A stretch of DNA of 63,700 nt, filler included, from Acetivibrio sp. (GTDB taxonomy: Bacteria > Bacillota > Clostridia > Acetivibrionales > Acetivibrionaceae): the NCBI RefSeq assembly GCF_035371925.1. It is 3 parts of 3 records of this genome, joined end to end, with 100 filler letters (N's around TTAATTAATTAA, not from the genome) between each part and the next. Parts side by side here need not be neighbours in the genome. Positions count along the whole stretch, not along the records: positions 1 to 24,529 come from NZ_DAORXT010000038.1; 2 more parts are not named here. The stretch is one strand, 5' to 3'. Positions 1 to 9,951 of the stretch are shown one piece after another; the stretch's first letter is position 1, and every line of letters starts with the position of its first letter. The notes under the pieces are model-generated. The model ran no database searches. It worked only from the letters and a program-made list of their open reading frames with translations, and was not told the DNA's origin. Both the position numbers and the translations under genes were made by a program.

Positions 1-99
1 GTTTTACTGGAAGTACCACTTCAACAAATATTCTGCGAAAACAGTCCAGAATGCGAAGTCCGGTTTCAATCCTTGTTTTACTGGAAGTACCACTTCAAC
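1..99 (-). CRISPR. Leader-proximal end of a CRISPR array: partial repeat 1-25, 37-bp spacer 26-62, full 37-bp repeat 63-99; the array runs off the window edge
   Basis: Identical repeats; the minus strand reads GTTGAAGTGGTACTTCCAGTAAAACAAGGATTGAAAC, ending in the ATTGAAAC handle typical of Cas6-processed type I-B/III repeats. An AT-rich leader lies to the right. Confidence 0.92.
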
Positions 100-350
100 A
101 GCCCTCGAAGCCTAATCCCGCCTTTTTCAAGCCTTTCGGGATTTTTTTGACGGAACTTTTTTTCACATTTTTCACTTAAAAATGCCTGATTTTTATCAAA
201 TTTCATGCATTTTTAAGCCACCAACATAAGCTTCTAGCCCACTATTTTCAACACTTCTAAGCCTATCAACTCAATTTTGCCAATAATTTTGCAACCACAT
301 TTTGTCAAATACATCATAATTACAATTAAAACATATCATAAATTAACCAT
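100..350 (-). promoter_or_regulatory. CRISPR leader
   Basis: Non-coding AT-rich DNA abutting the terminal repeat; its extent is defined by colinear similarity to 38943-39192. Confidence 0.8.
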
Positions 351-490
351 TTTTTCAATATGCTAATCATCATTTGCAGTCCCATTAGCCTACTTTAAAA
401 CCTAATCAACCCATATCTCCCCTTAATATCACTCATTTCAAAACAAATATAATCAACTTTAAAAACATAAAACATATATACTGCAATCAA

Positions 491-880
491 TTAAACCATT
501 CTAAAATTATCATCATTAACAAAAATATTTCTTTCCCTAAGATCTTCATTCACTTCTTTCGCCGCAATATAGTATTCAATAGGAGAGCCTTCCACTCTAT
601 TTGGTAGATATTTCTTGTCTTTAGAAGACAAATAGTAAACTATAATTCTCATCATCGAAGCACTTCTCTCATCTAAATTCTTTTCTTCATTTAATATAGC
701 CTCAATAATATTATCCTGACCTAAATAAATATAATCTTTTCTGTATATCTTCTCATAAAAATTCGATATATAACGCATTTTTAGCTCATCATTGTCTTCT
801 ATTGTTTTCAACAATCCAATTAAAAATCTTAAACTTTTTTCAAATTTTATTTTGAGGTCACTATCCATATTAGCCACCAT
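491..880 (-). CDS. Hypothetical protein (129 aa) between alaS and the CRISPR leader
   Basis: Very AT-rich open frame with purine-rich sequence upstream; no motif recognised. Confidence 0.6.
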   Translation of the reverse strand: MVANMDSDLKIKFEKSLRFLIGLLKTIEDNDELKMRYISNFYEKIYRKDYIYLGQDNIIEAILNEEKNLDERSASMMRIIVYYLSSKDKKYLPNRVEGSPIEYYIAAKEVNEDLRERNIFVNDDNFRMV

Positions 881-1125
881 TTTTTTAAACTCTAATCCCT
901 CTTCTTTTTAATAAATTGACTTATCGTTACATTATTGCTTCTCATCATAAGCCTAAAATCTAATATATCTCTCGCTCCTGTTCTTTCTAAAATATCACAA
1001 TATTTCATACACATTAATGAATCCAATGCCGGAAATGTAACCTCTAGATTTGACATTACTATTCCCTTATAAGGTTCCTATTTTATATTTTTACGATTTG
1101 AACTAATTCTTGAGATTCAAAACTT

Positions 1126-1178
1126 ACGGGCATTTTTTGACGAAACTTTTTTTATCCCCTTCATCAAAAAATGCCCGT
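1126..1178 (-). terminator. Inverted repeat after alaS (probable terminator) that also resembles the CRISPR leader core
   Basis: Perfect 15-bp arms ACGGGCATTTTTTGA (1126-1140) and TCAAAAAATGCCCGT (1164-1178), 20 bp past the alaS stop. Confidence 0.6.
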
Positions 1179-1198
1179 TATTTTATCATTTCCATCCA

Positions 1199-3847
1199 CT
1201 AGTCCGCAATTTGCGACTCTATTACCTTTACAGCCTGCTTTAAGGCCTCGTCAATCTTGGATACATCCTTTCCTCCTGCCTGAGCCATGTCGGGACGTCC
1301 GCCGCCACCGCCTCCGGCAACCTTGGCAGCTTCCTTAATTATATTTCCTGCATGAATACCCTTTGCTACGACATCCTTTGTCGCCATTACCACGAGGCTA
1401 ACCTTGTCGCCAAAACCGCTTCCGAGAACCACTACACCGGAGCCCATTTTATTTCTTATGGTATCTCCCGTATTTCTCAGTGCCTCCATATCAAACTGGT
1501 CAAAGCGGGCTGTAACCACCTTTACACCCTTAACCTCTACGGCCTTGGACAAAACATCATCTAATGAACTGCTGACAAGCTTGCCCCTTAGCTGTTCAAT
1601 TTCCTTTTGGGCAGCTTTAATCTCATTTAGCAGCGCCTCTATCCTCCTCACACTGTCGGAAGGATTGGTCTTAAGAATCTGAGCAATATCACCCAAAAGC
1701 TTTTCCTCTTCGTCAAAGTGCTTTAATGCAGCCTCACCCGTCAAAGCCTCAATTCTTCTTACGCCGGATGCAACACCGCTTTCGCTGACTATCTTTATAA
1801 ATCCGGCCTGGGATGTCACTTCAAGGTGAGTTCCACCGCACAGCTCTATACTGTAATCTCCAATCTTTACAACCCTTACAACATCCCCGTATTTTTCACC
1901 AAACAATGCTGTAGCGCCCATTTTTCTTGCTTCATCAATGGACATTTCCCTTATATCCACCGCAATGCTTTCCAGTATCTTTTCATTTACCTGGGTTTCA
2001 ACACTCTTTATCTCTTCCGGAGTCATTGCTGAAAAATGCGTAAAGTCAAATCTCAACCTGTCAGGCTCCACCAAAGAACCTGCCTGATTTACATGGGAGC
2101 CCAATACACTCCTTAATGCTTTATGGAGAAGATGGGTTGTGGTATGGTTCCTTGCTATTGCCATCCTTCTCTTCTTGTCAATTGCAGCTTTTACCTCCAT
2201 ACCCTTTCTCAATGTTCCCTCTTCAACCTCACCGATGTGGAGGTATTTGCCGTCATTGGTCTTCTTGCAGTCCAAAACCCTTATCCGTACGCCTTGAGCT
2301 TCAATAAAACCCTCGTCTCCAACCTGTCCTCCGCTTTCGGCATAAAAAGGAGTCCTGTCAAGTATGATTGTAACGCTGTCGCCTTTTTGGGCCTCATCCG
2401 CAATTTCGTCTCCCTTTATTATGTATAGCACATTAGCCGATGCCTCATATTCCTTATATCCCAAAAATTCAGTTTTAACGCCTTTGTCAAGTTTTGAATA
2501 AATATCGTCGCCCCAAGCGGAACCCTGCTTGCTGTGATAGTCTTCCCTTGCAAGGTTCTGGTGCTCCTTCATTTTTGCCTTAAAGCCTTCTTCATCCACT
2601 CCAAGTCCGTTTTCCTCAGCTATCTCCCTGGTAAGGTCCACTGGGAAACCGTAGGTGCCGTGGAGCTCAAACACCATCTCACCGCTTATTACCTTTTCGT
2701 TTTTCTTCTTGGTTTCCTCAATATACTTGTTCAGGATTACCAATCCCTGGTCTATAGTCTCTTCAAACTTCTCTTCCTCAATCCTTATAACCTTCTTTAT
2801 GCTTTCCGCCCTTTCGGCAAGCTCCGGATATGCGCCTTTGGACTCTTCAATCACCACCGAAGCCACATCGGACAAGAACGGCTTGTCCAATCCCAAAAGC
2901 TTTCCGTGTCTTGCAGCCCTTCTTAGAAGCCTTCTTAACACATAGCCCCTTCCCTCGTTGGAAGGTATTACTCCGTCCGATATCATCATAGTGGTACTTC
3001 TGATGTGGTCGGTTATTACCCTGATGGATATATCCGTTTTTTCCGAGCTGCCGTACTCAACTCCAGTAAGCTTGCATATATAATCCAATACTCTTCTTAT
3101 GGTATCAACCTCAAAAAGGTTGTTTACGTCCTGCATCACGCACGCAAGCCTTTCCAAGCCCATTCCCGTATCAATGTTCGGGTTTTTAAGCCTGGAATAA
3201 TTGCCGTCCTCATCCTTGTTGAACTGCGTAAACACCAGGTTCCAGACCTCTATAAACCTGTCGCAGTCACAGCCCACCTTGCAATCGGGACTGCCGCAGC
3301 CCTTGTCCTCTCCCCTGTCAAAATAAATTTCCGAGCAGGGACCGCATGGGCCTGTACCATGTTCCCAGAAATTGCTATCCCTGCCCATTCTTACAATTCT
3401 TTCGGGAGGAAGTCCGACTTTTTTATTCCATATTTCAAATGCCTCATTGTCATCTTCAAATATTGATACCCATAATCTTTCCACAGGTATCTTAAGGTCC
3501 TCGGTAAAGAATTCCCACGCCCACGGAATTGCCTCATTTTTAAAGTAGTCGCCAAAAGAGAAATTCCCCAACATTTCAAAAAAAGTACCGTGCCTTGCCG
3601 TCTTTCCCACATTTTCAATATCCGGTGTTCTAATACATTTCTGGCATGTGGTAACCCTTCTTCTGGGCGGCTCTTCCTGTCCTGTAAAATAAGGCTTTAA
3701 AGGCGCCATACCCGAATTTATCAACAAAAGACTGGGATCATTTTGAGGAACCAATGAAAAACTTGGAAGCCTCAAGTGCCCTTTACTTTCAAAAAAGCTT
3801 AAATACCTTTCCCTTAGCTCGTTTAATCCTAATTTCTCCATACCCAT
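1199..3847 (-). CDS. alaS: Alanine--tRNA ligase
   Basis: [48 protein letters not shown] and [15 protein letters not shown] motifs; start probably ATG 3847 or 3841 after GGAGAGG. Confidence 0.98.
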   Translation of the reverse strand: MGMEKLGLNELRERYLSFFESKGHLRLPSFSLVPQNDPSLLLINSGMAPLKPYFTGQEEPPRRRVTTCQKCIRTPDIENVGKTARHGTFFEMLGNFSFGDYFKNEAIPWAWEFFTEDLKIPVERLWVSIFEDDNEAFEIWNKKVGLPPERIVRMGRDSNFWEHGTGPCGPCSEIYFDRGEDKGCGSPDCKVGCDCDRFIEVWNLVFTQFNKDEDGNYSRLKNPNIDTGMGLERLACVMQDVNNLFEVDTIRRVLDYICKLTGVEYGSSEKTDISIRVITDHIRSTTMMISDGVIPSNEGRGYVLRRLLRRAARHGKLLGLDKPFLSDVASVVIEESKGAYPELAERAESIKKVIRIEEEKFEETIDQGLVILNKYIEETKKKNEKVISGEMVFELHGTYGFPVDLTREIAEENGLGVDEEGFKAKMKEHQNLAREDYHSKQGSAWGDDIYSKLDKGVKTEFLGYKEYEASANVLYIIKGDEIADEAQKGDSVTIILDRTPFYAESGGQVGDEGFIEAQGVRIRVLDCKKTNDGKYLHIGEVEEGTLRKGMEVKAAIDKKRRMAIARNHTTTHLLHKALRSVLGSHVNQAGSLVEPDRLRFDFTHFSAMTPEEIKSVETQVNEKILESIAVDIREMSIDEARKMGATALFGEKYGDVVRVVKIGDYSIELCGGTHLEVTSQAGFIKIVSESGVASGVRRIEALTGEAALKHFDEEEKLLGDIAQILKTNPSDSVRRIEALLNEIKAAQKEIEQLRGKLVSSSLDDVLSKAVEVKGVKVVTARFDQFDMEALRNTGDTIRNKMGSGVVVLGSGFGDKVSLVVMATKDVVAKGIHAGNIIKEAAKVAGGGGGGRPDMAQAGGKDVSKIDEALKQAVKVIESQIAD

Positions 3848-4014
3848 TCTTCCTCTCCAGGTTTTACTCAGCATCAGCTGTTTTTTTAAGGTGTCCTATC
3901 TCAACTGTTCTTATCCAGCCGTTCAATATATAAAAACTCTCCTCCTAATTGTATAGGTACGAGAGCATCATATTCCACTGCAAAGATTGTTCTACGCTTA
4001 CTCTGAATAGTAAA

Positions 4015-4043
4015 ATTATATATAAGTATTCTGCTGGTGTCAA
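4015..4043 (-). promoter_or_regulatory. sigA-type promoter upstream of alaS
   Basis: Perfect TTGACA-N17-TATAAT on the minus strand. Confidence 0.8.
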
Positions 4044-4066
4044 GAACTTATAATCCCATTCATCGC

Positions 4067-5116
4067 CTACACAATAGCCTCTATTAGCCTCTTTAATATT
4101 ACCTTTAAAATTGCGGTCACCGGAACTGCTATGAGCATCCCTATTATGCCGAAAAACTCTCCTCCGGCCAAGACTGCCAGAATTGTCGTAACGGGATGAA
4201 GTCCCAGCCTTCCTTCTATTATCTTCGGCGAAATAAAGGCGTTGTCTATCTGCTGTATAACCAGAAAGGCAACTACCGTCCAAAAAGCTTTCACCGGTGA
4301 ATCTATAAGGGCTACAGCCACAGCAGGTATTGCCCCTATAAAAGGCCCGAAGTAAGGTATTATATTTGAAATCCCGCCGATAAATCCGAGAATCGGCGAA
4401 TATTTCACTCCTACAATTGCAAGGGCTATGGTCTCCATTATACCGATAATGAGAGCTGTCAGGAGCTGGCCTTGTATAAAGCATGACAGTATGTCATTTA
4501 TCTCCCGGCATGTCCCGATAATTTCATTTCTCCATCTTCGCGGCACCAAAGAGAGAGCTCCCTTTTTAAACAGCTCAGCGTCCTTCATAATGTAGTATGC
4601 AATAATCATTGCCAGTATGATGTTTGATATCCCCGTTACCCACTTAAAAAATCCTATAAGGGTTTTTCGTAACGCGTCCATGAGCATATTTTCGGCTATG
4701 CTCACTCCGTTGTTTATCTCATTGTAAATGGCGTTTTTCATTTCTGCCGACCAGCCGCTGCTATCTATTGTTTTCAAAATATTATTGAAAATTTCACCAT
4801 ACTCCGTAGTTATTTCCGGAATGGTATTTATAAATTCCCGGGTGTTGTCCACAAAAATTGGCGCAATGAAAACCACTGCTGCTGTCAGCACAATTCCAAA
4901 AGCCAGGTAAATCAAAATTATGCTTCTTGTTCTCGGTATGTTTTTTGATTCAAGCTTTAAAACTATGGGACGAAGTATGTATGCAACAACACCTCCCATT
5001 AAAATTGTGAAAAATATTTTAAGTATTTTTTCTCTATAGACAAGCACGAAATAGATGATTGAAATACTCAAAAGAAACAGTATTATATAAGTAAATATTT
5101 TTCTCGTCGAAACCAT
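4067..5116 (-). CDS. AI-2E family (UPF0118) membrane transporter
   Basis: Multi-TM protein with IIPYFGPFIGAIP, QQIDNAFISPKI and LHPVTTILAVLAGG motifs. Confidence 0.9.
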   Translation of the reverse strand: MVSTRKIFTYIILFLLSISIIYFVLVYREKILKIFFTILMGGVVAYILRPIVLKLESKNIPRTRSIILIYLAFGIVLTAAVVFIAPIFVDNTREFINTIPEITTEYGEIFNNILKTIDSSGWSAEMKNAIYNEINNGVSIAENMLMDALRKTLIGFFKWVTGISNIILAMIIAYYIMKDAELFKKGALSLVPRRWRNEIIGTCREINDILSCFIQGQLLTALIIGIMETIALAIVGVKYSPILGFIGGISNIIPYFGPFIGAIPAVAVALIDSPVKAFWTVVAFLVIQQIDNAFISPKIIEGRLGLHPVTTILAVLAGGEFFGIIGMLIAVPVTAILKVILKRLIEAIV

Positions 5117-5198
5117 TTGTCAATCCTCTGTTTCCTTGGATTCTTGAAAGCGAGCCTGCTTTCAAATATATGTTTCACTTTTCACCGATTATGTAGTT

Positions 5199-5222
5199 AA
5201 AGACTGGATTTATCCAGTCTTT
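5199..5222. terminator. Intrinsic terminator hairpin
   Basis: AAAGACTGGA-ttta-TCCAGTCTTT, 21 bp past the stop of the upstream small gene. Confidence 0.65.
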
Positions 5223-5243
5223 TTAAGAGGATTTTGAGAGTAT

Positions 5244-5426
5244 TTATCGAAATAATTCCACCATATCGCTAATTAAATCTCCGGATTTTTTAACAAAATC
5301 CATTCCTTTTCTTCTCATTTTTCTTCTGGTTCTATTGCTCATCATTGTATCTGAATTCATAGCCATTCCAACAGATGCACCGATTAAACTTCCGATAATA
5401 AGTCCCCTGGTAAAGTTGCTTCTCAT
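5244..5426 (-). CDS. Small YtxH-like protein
   Basis: GLIIGSLIGASVGM N-terminal motif with a basic tail; ATG 5426 after GGGGTG. Confidence 0.7.
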   Translation of the reverse strand: MRSNFTRGLIIGSLIGASVGMAMNSDTMMSNRTRRKMRRKGMDFVKKSGDLISDMVELFR

Positions 5427-5433
5427 TATATTG

Positions 5434-5988
5434 TCACCCCTTTCTTTGAACCTTCTTGTTTCCTTCAATTAGATTCTTTATTCCTCCTCCGGTTTCCATC
5501 ATTTCTTCAACCGCTTCACTGTCCACCAGGATATTCTCTTCTCCAAACTCAAATTTTCCAATCAGCGGAAGTACGCTTCTTCCTTTTACTATGTCCTGCA
5601 ACAATCCGTCCGAAACCTCAATACCGTCTATTTTGCCGTGTTCTAAGTCGAATAATACGTCCTTGGCAACTCCTAAGTCTTCCCCGGTTTTAGTGTATAT
5701 CGGAAGTCCCAAGATATCCCATTTATCCTTGAATTCCGGCCTGTGCTGAACTTTTTTAATGTCCTTGACATCATCCACATCATTAACAATAAGCGCATCC
5801 CTGCCAAGGCTCAAAACATCCGAAGCAAAAACCACTTTTCTTCTCATGCTGTAGCCTCTTCTCTCAAGCAAAAAGGCAACCACACTTTTCTCCTTCGGAC
5901 AGAAAATTATATCCTTTACTATTCCAAGTTTTTTCCCATCCGCCGCACATATTACCGGCAGTCCCAGCACCTCACTGTATCTATTCAA
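5434..5988 (-). CDS. Tandem PRC-barrel protein (YlmC/YmxH/YrrD-like)
   Basis: Two PRC repeats (SEVLGLPVI..DGKKLGIVKD; DILGLPIYTKTGEDLGVAKD). Confidence 0.85.
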   Translation of the reverse strand: MNRYSEVLGLPVICAADGKKLGIVKDIIFCPKEKSVVAFLLERRGYSMRRKVVFASDVLSLGRDALIVNDVDDVKDIKKVQHRPEFKDKWDILGLPIYTKTGEDLGVAKDVLFDLEHGKIDGIEVSDGLLQDIVKGRSVLPLIGKFEFGEENILVDSEAVEEMMETGGGIKNLIEGNKKVQRKG

Positions 5989-6241
5989 AAAATCATCTCT
6001 CCGTTTTTTGAAAACTCACATATTAATACATTTTAAACTATAGAATATTTATGACTGTTTATTTTTCACACTATTTATTATTTCAACATTTGCTCAAAAA
6101 ATACACCGCATTCAATTTGACTTAAATTACATATTCATATAAAATTAAACGTTGTATTAGTTGTATAATTGTAAGAAAATAATTTTTAAATTTTACAATA
6201 TACATTTATATTTAATCGATTTTTACGAGGTAGGTGCAAAA

Positions 6242-7606
6242 ATGATTGATAAAATAACCTATAATGAAAAAATTGGAGTTCACATCCCTTCTATTTTGCT
6301 GCCCAAAGAAGGCGTTGACATGGAAAAGTGGTCGGTAGTGGCCTGTGACCAGTATACTTCCGAGCCGGAATACTGGCAGGATGTAGAAAATAAAGTTGGA
6401 AACAATCCTTCCACTCTGTATCTTACTTTTCCCGAAATTTATCTTGAAGACGGAAATGCAGACGAAAGAATAAAACGCATAAATGATGAAATGAAAAGGT
6501 ACATAAATGAAGGTATTCTTGTTTCTCAAAAGCCATGTATGCTGCTGGTAGACAGAAAAACATCCCATACCCAATCCAGAAAAGGGCTCATTCTGGCAGT
6601 GGATCTTGAAAAATACGACTATAGCGCAGGTTCCCAGTCCCTTATCAGGGCAACGGAGGGTACGGTAATTGAAAGACTTCCTCCAAGGGTCAAAATCAGG
6701 GAAAATGCCATCTTAGAGCTCCCTCATGTAATGATTTTGATTGACGACCCGGGCAAAACCGTTATCGAGCCTCTGGTAAGCAAAATTGATTCCTTTGAAA
6801 AGGTGTATGATTTTGAGCTTATGATGAACGGCGGACATATCAAGGGCTACAGGATTGATGACCAAAAGACATTGAAAGGCATTTTGAAAGCCATTGAAGC
6901 CTTGGCAGACCCTGAAGTTTTTAAATCAAAATACAATGTCGGTCACGACAAGGGTGTACTTTTGTTTGCAGTGGGCGACGGAAACCATTCCCTCGCATCG
7001 GCAAAAGTGCATTGGGAAAATGTGAAAAAGACATTGAGCGAAGCTGAGATTCAAAACCACCCTGCAAGATTTGCCTTGGTGGAGATTGTAAACGTGCATG
7101 ATGACGGTATTGTGTTTGAGCCCATTCACAGAGTTCTGTTCAATATCGATACTTCATCCGTTTTAAATGCCATGCAGGATTTCTACGGAAGCTCCCGTTG
7201 CTCCTTTGAAAAATACGATTCATTGGAACCGGTAAACAAAAGACTCCAAGAGCTAAAGAAAGAAAAAAACGTTCACTCCTTTGGGTTTGTAACCGATGAG
7301 GGTTTTGGGGTATTTACCGTACAAAATCCGAAGCACAACCTTGAGGTCGCCACACTCCAGGATTTCCTCGACTATTATGTGCAAAAGCAAAAGGAATCCA
7401 AAGTGGACTACATACACGGTGAAGACGTTGTAACCCGCTTAGGTTCAAAGCCCGGAAATATAGGCTTTTATCTTCCTTCCATGGAAAAGCATGAATTTTT
7501 CAAAACGGTTATTCTCGATGGCGTCCTGCCTAGAAAAACCTTCTCCATGGGTGAAGCGGAAGAAAAAAGATTTTATTTGGAGTGCAGAAAAATTGTAAAG
7601 GATTAA
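6242..7606 (+). CDS. DUF1015 family protein
   Basis: WSVVACDQYTS, IRATEGT, LFAVGDGNHSLASAK and LPRKTFSMG motifs; ATG 6242 after AGGTAGGTG. Confidence 0.85.
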   Translation: MIDKITYNEKIGVHIPSILLPKEGVDMEKWSVVACDQYTSEPEYWQDVENKVGNNPSTLYLTFPEIYLEDGNADERIKRINDEMKRYINEGILVSQKPCMLLVDRKTSHTQSRKGLILAVDLEKYDYSAGSQSLIRATEGTVIERLPPRVKIRENAILELPHVMILIDDPGKTVIEPLVSKIDSFEKVYDFELMMNGGHIKGYRIDDQKTLKGILKAIEALADPEVFKSKYNVGHDKGVLLFAVGDGNHSLASAKVHWENVKKTLSEAEIQNHPARFALVEIVNVHDDGIVFEPIHRVLFNIDTSSVLNAMQDFYGSSRCSFEKYDSLEPVNKRLQELKKEKNVHSFGFVTDEGFGVFTVQNPKHNLEVATLQDFLDYYVQKQKESKVDYIHGEDVVTRLGSKPGNIGFYLPSMEKHEFFKTVILDGVLPRKTFSMGEAEEKRFYLECRKIVKD

Positions 7607-7635
7607 GCAGTTAATAAAGAGTTACACGGAAAAAC

Positions 7636-7666
7636 CGGGAGCCTTGTACAGCGGCTCCCGTTTTTT
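7636..7666. terminator. Terminator between convergent genes
   Basis: CGGGAGCC...GGCTCCCG followed by a T-run and preceded by an A-run. Confidence 0.75.
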
Positions 7667-7668
7667 AA

Positions 7669-8106
7669 TTAATAACCGTACCCATATCCCGGATAACCGC
7701 CGTAATATCCTGAAAAACCGTATGGACGCCTTCTCCTGAGTAATTCACTTATTAGAAGAGTGCCTACAAAAGCTCTTAGCAATCTTCTGCCTCCAAATCC
7801 CAACTGTCTGTCGCCTTCCTCCTTCATTTCTTCACATATGGCGGTTTCGACATCGGCTTCAACCTCATCACATATTTTATCACACATCTTGTCTAATTGC
7901 TCTTTTGTCGGACAATAGGAGCAGCCATAGTTCATGTCCAACATATCGCAATAATGCATAACCTTCGGATATACTATATAATATGTTTTCGGATACATAT
8001 TTTCAAGCTGATGTTCGGGCATTGTTGCCATTGGACAGTACTGCTGCGCATACGGCATAACATTCATCATGTGAGGCATATGATACATGCATTCTTTTCC
8101 GTACAT
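7669..8106 (-). CDS. Met/Cys/Tyr-rich probable spore coat-associated protein
   Basis: MYPKTYYIVYP and LLISELLRRRRPY segments plus a Gly/Tyr tail typical of clostridial coat proteins; GGAGG RBS. Confidence 0.6.
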   Translation of the reverse strand: MYGKECMYHMPHMMNVMPYAQQYCPMATMPEHQLENMYPKTYYIVYPKVMHYCDMLDMNYGCSYCPTKEQLDKMCDKICDEVEADVETAICEEMKEEGDRQLGFGGRRLLRAFVGTLLISELLRRRRPYGFSGYYGGYPGYGYGY

Positions 8107-8310
8107 GATTTTAAAACCTCCCTGGTATAAATAATATATTCACTTTATTTTATGCATAAAATGCCATACTGCTACTTTTTCGTTGTTTTTATGTTAATAA
8201 ATTTTAAAAAATTGCAGCTGTTTACTTTAAAAATAATTTTTTTCTTTCAAATATAATATTAACTCTAATAAAAAAACCGATGATGTGAAGAATAATGTTG
8301 GAGGTGGTTT

Positions 8311-8964
8311 ATGATGAACAAAAATTTTATTAAAGCAGCATCTTTGACATTAGGACTTACCCTTGCATCATTACCACTGGTCGGCTGTAATATGGGCGGC
8401 GGAACCGATCAGGGAAACAACACAACCGGGCAAAACACACAGCAGTTAACTACCCCTGATAACAACACCAACAGGTTTTTGAACATGGATATGAACCGGA
8501 TGGACAACAACGGTATGAAAAATGATATGCTCGGAAGAAACAACGGTGCCGACAGCAACGGACTATTAGGCGGAAATATGATGGGATCACCTGCAGCGAG
8601 CCCGAACCAAAGCACTCCTGCACCTCAGGGTAATGCTGTTATGAGGGACAAAGCCGAAAAAATAACCGGCCAGCTTGCAACAATGCCTGAAATTGGGCAG
8701 GCAAACGTTCTGGTAGTCGGCAACAGCTGTCTTGTTGCTTACAATCCAAAAAACGCACAAGGGGATGCCAATGCCAGAAAGAACATGGTTATTAACAAGG
8801 TAAAAGAGATTGACCCTTCAATAACCAATGTCATAGTAAGTGAGTCAAGGGATATGATGGATAAAATAAGCAAGATTACCAACGATATGGCAAACAAACC
8901 TATGGATCAAATAAACAATGAAATCATGCAACTCATGAACCAGGCAGCACCTGCCGCAAAATAG
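8311..8964 (+). CDS. YhcN/YlaJ family sporulation lipoprotein
   Basis: Lipobox LVGC, Asn/Met-rich linker, C-terminal AEKI...ANVLVVGN...VKEIDP domain. Confidence 0.85.
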   Translation: MMNKNFIKAASLTLGLTLASLPLVGCNMGGGTDQGNNTTGQNTQQLTTPDNNTNRFLNMDMNRMDNNGMKNDMLGRNNGADSNGLLGGNMMGSPAASPNQSTPAPQGNAVMRDKAEKITGQLATMPEIGQANVLVVGNSCLVAYNPKNAQGDANARKNMVINKVKEIDPSITNVIVSESRDMMDKISKITNDMANKPMDQINNEIMQLMNQAAPAAK

Positions 8965-8998
8965 TAAAATAGCGTTCTCAGGTCATTAAACTATGTAA

Positions 8999-9040
8999 GC
9001 CCGGAGTTAAATCCAAAGCCCTTTGCTCCGGGCTTTTTAT
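8999..9040 (+). terminator. Intrinsic terminator
   Basis: GCCCGGAG...CTCCGGGC followed by TTTTT. Confidence 0.7.
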
Positions 9041-9145
9041 TTGGCCTCTTGGAATGAAATGAAAGAGGCAAAAGCGAAGGAAGTCGATGTCCCGAGCTTT
9101 TATTTTTCTTCTTGGAATAAACGCCTAAACGCGATGAACCCATCT

Positions 9146-9868
9146 TTATTGCCAAATCTCTAAATTCCTTTTGGATATATCCTTGTAAAAGGTTAAAAAG
9201 CATCCTGCCGTAGTTTTTTGGGCTAGAGGAAGGGTAAACTTGGTAATGGTATAAAATCTTTTCGAAACATCCTTTATATCTTTCAGTCTTGAATAAATTC
9301 TTATTGCATTTCTGGCATTACAAGTAATATATTCCTCTATATGGGAAAGATAATAACCTCCCCTGTCAACTGTGAATTTTGGAGTATTAAGGTACGTCCT
9401 TTTTATGAAATTTTCATACTGGCGGTGACTGTCAAGAAGCCTGATATTTGCATGATGAGGTACGGTCATATCCTGAACAAGGTGTACCGCCGCTCCAAGA
9501 TAAAACATGGCAAGGTTGGGTTCTATGGCATACCAGTATTTCAGTGCCTTTTCATAATACGATACCGCCAATGCAAGGGCATTATTGTTTCCGTACAACC
9601 CCTTTTTCTTATAAGGGTTGTAAAAATGGTTGGCACTTTTCAAATCCTGATCCGCCCATGTTACTCCCTGGTTTATGTCATCAATATAATCGCTGAAAAG
9701 ACAGTATGCATCTATATATTTATCGTTCCTAAGAATCTTAAGCGCCTGGATGTTTATGTATTTGTGAACTTCGCACTGAGTTTTTATTACCGCTTTCTTA
9801 AACGGATTTATGGCGAACAAAAAGTATTTAAATGCTCTGCCGTAAGTCCTCTCCAACCTGCCTGCCAT
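9146..9868 (-). CDS. Zinc-dependent phospholipase C family protein without a signal peptide
   Basis: WADQD..NHFYNP, HLVQDMTVPHHA and H..YE zinc-ligand pattern. Confidence 0.85.
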   Translation of the reverse strand: MAGRLERTYGRAFKYFLFAINPFKKAVIKTQCEVHKYINIQALKILRNDKYIDAYCLFSDYIDDINQGVTWADQDLKSANHFYNPYKKKGLYGNNNALALAVSYYEKALKYWYAIEPNLAMFYLGAAVHLVQDMTVPHHANIRLLDSHRQYENFIKRTYLNTPKFTVDRGGYYLSHIEEYITCNARNAIRIYSRLKDIKDVSKRFYTITKFTLPLAQKTTAGCFLTFYKDISKRNLEIWQ

Positions 9869-9951
9869 ATTCGGACGCTCCTATAAATAAAAAATACAGA
9901 CAGCATTTATTATACGTAGTTCCGATATTTTTTATTTATACCGCCCGGTAT

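Noticed and set aside
26..62. Self-targeting by the visible spacer
   Set aside because: By eye only short partial matches (e.g. AACAGTCC near 43253) were seen; a proper search is needed.
3875..4010. T-box riboswitch upstream of alaS
   Set aside because: No GGTGGTACCGCG-like antiterminator or terminator, and the UTR is short.
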